Source: an uncultured Gemmatimonadales bacterium
Lineage (GTDB): Bacteria; Gemmatimonadota; Gemmatimonadetes; Longimicrobiales; RSA9
Length of the DNA: 64,000 nt
Assembly: GCA_963741945.1 (NCBI GenBank)
Contig: CAVUKA010000001.1
Coordinates: 192,001-256,000, forward strand
Direction of reading: 5' to 3'
Under the pieces are notes generated by a model. It saw only the letters and a list, made by a program, of their open reading frames with translations. It did no database searches and was not told the origin of the DNA. Positions 60,449-64,000 of this stretch are shown piece after piece (position 1 is the first letter of the stretch; each line of letters begins with the position of its first letter). Both the position numbers and the translations under genes were made by a program.

Positions 60449-61704
60449 TCCATCTCCATCACCGTTTCCACGTGCGCAGTCTGCGGGAACAGGTCGAAGC
60501 AGCGGATGCCGGTAATGCGGTAGGCCGCGCCCAGCCGCTGCACGTCCCGCGCGAGCGTGGCCGGGTCGCAGCTCACGTACAGCAGGGTCCGGGGCGGCCG
60601 CTCCCGGAGCGTCCGCGCGACGTTCGCGTGCACGCCGGAGCGCGGCGGGTTGAGCAGGACCAGGTCCGCCGGGAGCGCCGCCGGCAGCAGATCCTCGACG
60701 CGGCCTTGCAGGAACATGCTCCCGGGCGACGCCCGGCGCGCTTCCGCCACTGCGTCCGGGTGCGCCTCGATCCCGGTCACCCGCACGCCGTCGCGCGCCA
60801 GCCGACGCGCGTGGAGACCCACACCGCAATAGGCGTCCAGAACCGTCTCCGGGCCGGCCGCCCGAACCCGGTCCAGGACGTACGATTCGAGTGCGTCGGC
60901 CGCGTCCCGGTTCACTTGCGTGAAAACGTCGCCGCTCAGCTCCAGCTCCTCTTCGCCCCAGCGGTCTCGAAGGCCCGCGTCGCCGGCCAGGAGAACGAAT
61001 GCGGCCGCACCGTTCGGGCGGTGCCACACCGCCGCGAGCCCGGGGACCGCCTGCAGCAGCTCGGCCGGCCGCCCTGGCGCATAGCCGCCATCGATCGCCA
61101 GGGCCACCTCGCCGCTCCCGCTGCCCCGCAGCGTCAGGCGGAGCTCGTCCCCGGACGGCAGCCGCATCGCCCCTTCTCCCCAGTCCCGGCGCAACGCGCC
61201 CCAGGCGGCGGCCACCGCCGGCTCCGGCAGCAGGCACCCGGCCGCCACGTCCACCACGCGATCGGGCTCCTCGAGGGCGCGGAAGCCGGCCACCACGTCG
61301 GTCCCGGCGCCGCGCCGCAACGTGAACGAGACGCGGTTGCGGTAGCCGAACTCCCTGGGCGACGGGACCACCGCCGGCTCATCGACCTCCCGCTTCCCGA
61401 TGCGGCGCAGGGCCTCCAGGACGATCCGCCCCTTCGCGCGCAGCTGGGCATGGTAGTGCATGTGCTCGAGCGTGCACCCGCCGCACCGATCGTAGTGCGG
61501 ACACGGCGCGACCCGGCGATCGGGCGACGACCGGATCACGCGCACCAGCTCGCTCCGCGTCCAGCGCGCCTTCTCCTCCACCACGCGCACGTCCACCTCG
61601 TCGCCGGGCGCCGTCCGGTGCACGAACGTGACGCGGCCGTCCCGGAGCCGTCCAACGCCTGCCCCGCCGGCCGCGATTCCCGTAATCTCCGTCGTCTCCA
61701 CCAC
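60433..61704 (-). CDS. rlmD: TRAM-domain RNA m5U methyltransferase (RlmD-like)
   Basis: CPHYDRCGGC, FTQVN, YCGVG, YVSCDP, DLFPQTAHVE. Confidence 0.88.
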   Translation of the reverse strand: MVETTEITGIAAGGAGVGRLRDGRVTFVHRTAPGDEVDVRVVEEKARWTRSELVRVIRSSPDRRVAPCPHYDRCGGCTLEHMHYHAQLRAKGRIVLEALRRIGKREVDEPAVVPSPREFGYRNRVSFTLRRGAGTDVVAGFRALEEPDRVVDVAAGCLLPEPAVAAAWGALRRDWGEGAMRLPSGDELRLTLRGSGSGEVALAIDGGYAPGRPAELLQAVPGLAAVWHRPNGAAAFVLLAGDAGLRDRWGEEELELSGDVFTQVNRDAADALESYVLDRVRAAGPETVLDAYCGVGLHARRLARDGVRVTGIEAHPDAVAEARRASPGSMFLQGRVEDLLPAALPADLVLLNPPRSGVHANVARTLRERPPRTLLYVSCDPATLARDVQRLGAAYRITGIRCFDLFPQTAHVETVMEMECATM

Positions 61705-61725
61705 TCCCCCCCCGAGCAATGCGGG

Positions 61726-61774
61726 CAAAAAGATAGCCCGTCCGTCTCCAGGCTGAAAGGACGGACGGGCTGTC
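61726..61774 (-). terminator. Rho-independent terminator
   Basis: AGCCCGTCCGTC/GACGGACGGGCT stem followed by ATCTTTTT on the minus strand. Confidence 0.8.
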
Positions 61775-61795
61775 GAACTCGTCGTTCTGGCAGGC

Positions 61796-62326
61796 TCAGA
61801 AGCGCATTCCGCCTGGCGGGCCCCCGGGTCGACTTGCGGGCGGCCCGGCGCGCATGCGCTGGACCCGGTCGTTGAACTGCATGCGCATCACCAGAAACAT
61901 GGCCTGCTGGCGGGCATCCAGGAAGGTGGCGAGCTCGCGCGCCTCGCGGTCCTCGATGGCCCGCTCCCTCGCGCGCAGCGCCTGTACCCGCTCCAGGAGC
62001 TGCCCGTAGCGGCGCGCGTCCGTGCTGTCCGAGCGGACCGCGCGCATGAGGTCCATGCGCACCGCCCGGCTCTCCTGCGCCAGATCCTGGCGGGCGCTCA
62101 CCCCCCGCGCCAGCACCGTGTCCAGCTTCGCCCGCTGCCCCGCGTCGAGCCCCAGCCGATCCGCGACCTGCGCCATGAAGCGACTCTGAATCTGCTGCGC
62201 CAGCTCGGAGCGCCGCTCCTCTCCGGGTCCGGGCCGCTGCCCGGGCCGCCCCTGCCCCTGTGCCGACAACGCGGCCGGCCCCAGTAGCAGGGCGGCGAAC
62301 ACCACCGATCGCACCATGGTCCTCAT
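61796..62326 (-). CDS. Spy/CpxP-like periplasmic protein
   Basis: Signal peptide, LGLDAGQ and LDARQQ motifs. Confidence 0.7.
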   Translation of the reverse strand: MRTMVRSVVFAALLLGPAALSAQGQGRPGQRPGPGEERRSELAQQIQSRFMAQVADRLGLDAGQRAKLDTVLARGVSARQDLAQESRAVRMDLMRAVRSDSTDARRYGQLLERVQALRARERAIEDREARELATFLDARQQAMFLVMRMQFNDRVQRMRAGPPASRPGGPPGGMRF

Positions 62327-62838
62327 GATTCCATGTCCTCCAGCAGGGTCTGCAGCTGCTCCTCCGAGAGATCCACGAGCACGGGCTCCCCCGCCACGAT
62401 GCCGTCCGACGCCGGCCACGCCCCGAACGGTTCGTAGCTCTCCGTGGTCGCCAGGGTCGCGGCATCCTCGGCGGGGGACCCGGAGCCACGCCCACCGAGA
62501 CCCGCCCATACCAGCGCGAGCGTGGCCGCCGCGGCCGCGGGCAGCGCCCACGGGAGCCACGGCGCCCGGGCCCGACCACGCCGGGGCCGGATCAGGGAGA
62601 CTGCGGGCTCCCGCTTCCCCGGGCGCGCTTCGACCAGCACGGCCTCCCGGATGCGCGTCTCGAGCCCGGGCGGCGTCGTGACGGGCGACGACCGGAGGCA
62701 CCGCACCACGGCCAGCTCCGCGCGACACGCGCCGCAGTCGGCCAGGTGCGCCTCCAGATCCGCCAGCCGCGCTGCCGGCAGCCGCCCCGCAGCGTGCTCC
62801 ACCAGCGCGTCCGTGTACGTCTCGCACGCTCTGTTCAT
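62323..62838 (-). CDS. Zinc-finger anti-sigma factor
   Basis: HLADCGAC (HxxxCxxC) plus a TM segment. Confidence 0.88.
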   Translation of the reverse strand: MNRACETYTDALVEHAAGRLPAARLADLEAHLADCGACRAELAVVRCLRSSPVTTPPGLETRIREAVLVEARPGKREPAVSLIRPRRGRARAPWLPWALPAAAAATLALVWAGLGGRGSGSPAEDAATLATTESYEPFGAWPASDGIVAGEPVLVDLSEEQLQTLLEDMES

Positions 62839-63392
62839 GTCAGCCACTCCCTGAGCTTCCGGATGCCGAGGTGGTAGTTCACTCGCGCGGCCGTTTCCGA
62901 CGACCCGATCACGTCCCCGATCTCCCTGTGGCTCATGTCTTCGTAGATCCGCAGACTCACCGCCAGCCGCTGCTTCTCCGGGAGCCGCGCCAGCGCCCGC
63001 TCCACTCGCCCCGCCTCCACCCGGTCGAGCGCGCTCCGCTCCGGACTCCGCCCCTCCCCGGCGGTCGGCTCTGCCGCGTCCAGCGACACTTCCCGGCGCC
63101 GGCTCTTCCAGCGGCCGGCAGAGCGCGCCGTGTTGGCCGCGATCCGCAGCAGCCAGGTGCGGAAGCTCGAATCGCCGTGGAACCCCGGCAGCCCGCGCAT
63201 GGCCCGGATGAACGTGTCCTGTGCCGCATCGGCGGCGAGGTCGGGCTCGCCCAGGACCCGATAGGTCACCTGGTAGACGGCGGCCGTGTGCGCGGCCACG
63301 AGCGCTTCCAGCGCCGCTTCGTCGCCTTCCTGCGCCCGGGCCACCAGCGCCCGTTCCTCTGCCCTGCGTGGGGCCACGCCTGTCTCGCTCAC
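62835..63392 (-). CDS. ECF sigma-70 factor
   Basis: DAAQDTF, SFRTWLLRIAAN, LPEKQR..SHREIG. Confidence 0.95.
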   Translation of the reverse strand: MSETGVAPRRAEERALVARAQEGDEAALEALVAAHTAAVYQVTYRVLGEPDLAADAAQDTFIRAMRGLPGFHGDSSFRTWLLRIAANTARSAGRWKSRRREVSLDAAEPTAGEGRSPERSALDRVEAGRVERALARLPEKQRLAVSLRIYEDMSHREIGDVIGSSETAARVNYHLGIRKLREWLT

Positions 63393-63496
63393 TGTTGTTG
63401 GGACGCTGCCAGCCCCCCATTCGTTAAGCGCGAAGGACCCCGCCCGGTGTGCGCCGGACGGGGTCCCTCCGCGTTGTCCCGGCCGATGTCGCCGAC

Positions 63497-63799
63497 TCAG
63501 CCGTTGCCCGCCGGTGCCGTTTCCATCACCTGCTCCCGCAGGTCCTTCGACGGCTTGAACACGGGAACGAGGCGCGCCGGCACTTCCACGCGCTCGCCCG
63601 TCCGCGGGTTCCTCGCCACCCGCGACTTGCGCTCCCGCACCCTGAACGTGCCGAAGCCGCGGATCTCGATGTTATCGTGCTCGGCCAGAGCCGCCTTCAC
63701 GGCGTTCAGGAGTCCATCCACCACCAGCGCGCAGTCCTTCTTGGTGATGCCGGGACCGATCGCGTCGGCCACCTGCTCTACGAGATCCGCCTTCGTCAT
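63497..63799 (-). CDS. HU/IHF-family DNA-binding protein
   Basis: MTKADLV, IEIRGFGTF, ARNPRTGE, VFKPSK. Confidence 0.96.
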   Translation of the reverse strand: MTKADLVEQVADAIGPGITKKDCALVVDGLLNAVKAALAEHDNIEIRGFGTFRVRERKSRVARNPRTGERVEVPARLVPVFKPSKDLREQVMETAPAGNG

Positions 63800-63867
63800 G
63801 ATGCCTCCATCCCTCCAGGGTCCGTCGGAGCCGCGTCGCTCCGATCATTCCACAGATCAGGTCCGGG

Positions 63868-64000
63868 TCAGTGGACCATGTATTTCACCACCGGCCACCC
63901 GGCGCCGGCAACCTGCCCACGCGTCATGGCCTGCAGCACTGCACCCGCGCTCTCGCCCAGAAGCGCGTCCAGCAACCAGCTACCCCGCTCCCGCGGGGGA
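63868..64000 (-). CDS. 3' end of a gene entering from the right edge (unidentified)
   Basis: Open frame ending ...GWPVVKYMVH*. Confidence 0.5.
   Translation of the reverse strand, partial: PPRERGSWLLDALLGESAGAVLQAMTRGQVAGAGWPVVKYMVH

Overview
High-GC bacterial DNA. Gene order and content suggest Gemmatimonadota, which is inference only. The window has two parts. Right half (33.5-64 kb): a conserved housekeeping block, almost all on the minus strand. It holds HU/IHF, an ECF sigma/anti-sigma operon, rlmD-like, a biotin carrier, methylmalonyl-CoA mutase, argS, pfkB, purM, ribD-ribE-ribBA-ribH-nusB, a GT4 glycosyltransferase, hpf-hprK-mannose-class PTS-HPr-EI, metK, DUF151, recO, selB, PTS IIA-Ntr-like, dusB, larB and the tmRNA gene (ssrA). 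Left half (1-33.4 kb), downstream of the tmRNA 3' end: an accessory region. Its intact genes are an S9 peptidase, ABC systems, a Ser/Thr kinase with beta-propeller, a PepSY-lipoprotein-TolC-MFP-RND operon, an orphan duplicated permease, two toxin-antitoxin modules and a Cyc2-like cytochrome-porin followed by a periplasmic cytochrome c. Between them lie short unrelated gene fragments (SDR, subtilase, TA paralogue, PxKF, DinB, PEP-CTERM, nucleotidyltransferase-like) and a dispersed ~145-bp non-coding repeat. I saw no integrase, transposase or CRISPR array. Best leads: the Cyc2-like/cytochrome c pair, the 145-bp repeat that brackets 25.6-31.5 kb, and the fragment mosaics. All family assignments come from motif recognition by eye; no database searches were run.
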